Below, in pieces: positions 63,482 to 64,000 of a DNA stretch of 64,000 nt. The position numbers were made by a program, and so were the translations under genes. Source of the DNA: Phyllosticta citribraziliensis (taxonomy: Eukaryota); contig NW_027117342.1 in the NCBI RefSeq assembly GCF_038025025.1, positions 868,001 through 932,000 on the forward strand, read 5' to 3'. Within the stretch, counting starts at the first letter, position 1. Each line of letters opens with the position of its first letter. Below the pieces are notes generated by a model that was not told the origin of the DNA, did no database searches, and saw only the letters and a list, made by a program, of their open reading frames with translations.

Positions 63482-64000
63482 ATGTGTGGCACCGACATAT
63501 TCCTCGCCGTCCTTGCGGTCCTGTTCCCGCCACTCCCCGGTAAGTCCATCGGCAAGCCCCCGCATCGTCCGCACGCAGGCATCTTGCATTCACCAGCGTG
63601 GCAGGGGCCGTTCTCTACACCACTACCGTGCGCAAGGCAGTGGAAAGACGATGCTAACACTGGTACAGTCTGGGTCAAGCGCGGCGTGTGCAGCGCCGAC
63701 TCACTCATCAACATCGCCCTCTGCTGCCTAGGCGTCCTCCCCGGCCTCCTCCACGCCTGGTACATCATCTGGGCGTACCCAGACCCGGACTACGAGTACG
63801 AGCGCGTCGACTCTGAAGCCCCAGGCCATGTCACCTACTACTACGTCGCCCACGGCCCAACGCCCCAGAACACGCTGAGGGGCCAGCCCAAGCCGCAGTC
63901 CCAGCCGCGATACGGTGCCACGGGAGCCGGCATGCCCGCCAGCAACCAGCAACAGTTCCCGGGACAGCAGACTGGCACAACGAACAGCTTTACGCCTCAG
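63482..64000 (+). CDS. Pmp3/RCI2/Sna-family small membrane protein, runs off the window end
   Basis: MCGTDIFLAVLAVLFPPLP/VWVKRGVCSADSLINIALCCLGVLPGLLHAWYII; intron 63540-63668. Confidence 0.9.
   Translation, partial: MCGTDIFLAVLAVLFPPLPGKSIGKPPHRPHAGILHSPAWQGPFSTPLPCARQWKDDANTGTVWVKRGVCSADSLINIALCCLGVLPGLLHAWYIIWAYPDPDYEYERVDSEAPGHVTYYYVAHGPTPQNTLRGQPKPQSQPRYGATGAGMPASNQQQFPGQQTGTTNSFTPQ

Overview
Eukaryotic DNA from a GC-rich filamentous ascomycete (Pezizomycotina; Dothideomycete-like is my inference). Short GT-AG introns carry CTRAC-type branch points. I can support 19 protein genes: tap42, Dicer-like dcl1, a KRE2/KTR mannosyltransferase, pat1, U2A' (lea1), PHF5/rds3, a pinin-like gene, an epoxide hydrolase, a sorbitol/xylitol dehydrogenase, csn6, an MFS (DAL5/SEO1-type) transporter, an unknown membrane protein, xylulokinase, a hypothetical coiled-coil protein, a protein with three Cys/His repeats, mitochondrial RNA polymerase rpo41, mdv1, aro7 and a truncated Pmp3-family gene. 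I found no tRNA, rRNA, CRISPR array or intact transposon. The unexplained structure is in the intergenic DNA. (i) An ORF-poor minus-strand unit at ~27.6-28.45 kb has a snoRNA/ribosome-biogenesis-type promoter and nested long-range complementarity (candidate ncRNA). (ii) Six GTATAAAA boxes at 29.3-34.8 kb are each followed only by micro-ORFs. (iii) A ~0.9 kb element at 22.06-22.94 kb is built from degenerate in-frame repeats in both orientations. (iv) There is a 33-bp repeat array and a RIP-like patch. Exon boundaries were worked out by eye and may be a few nt off.
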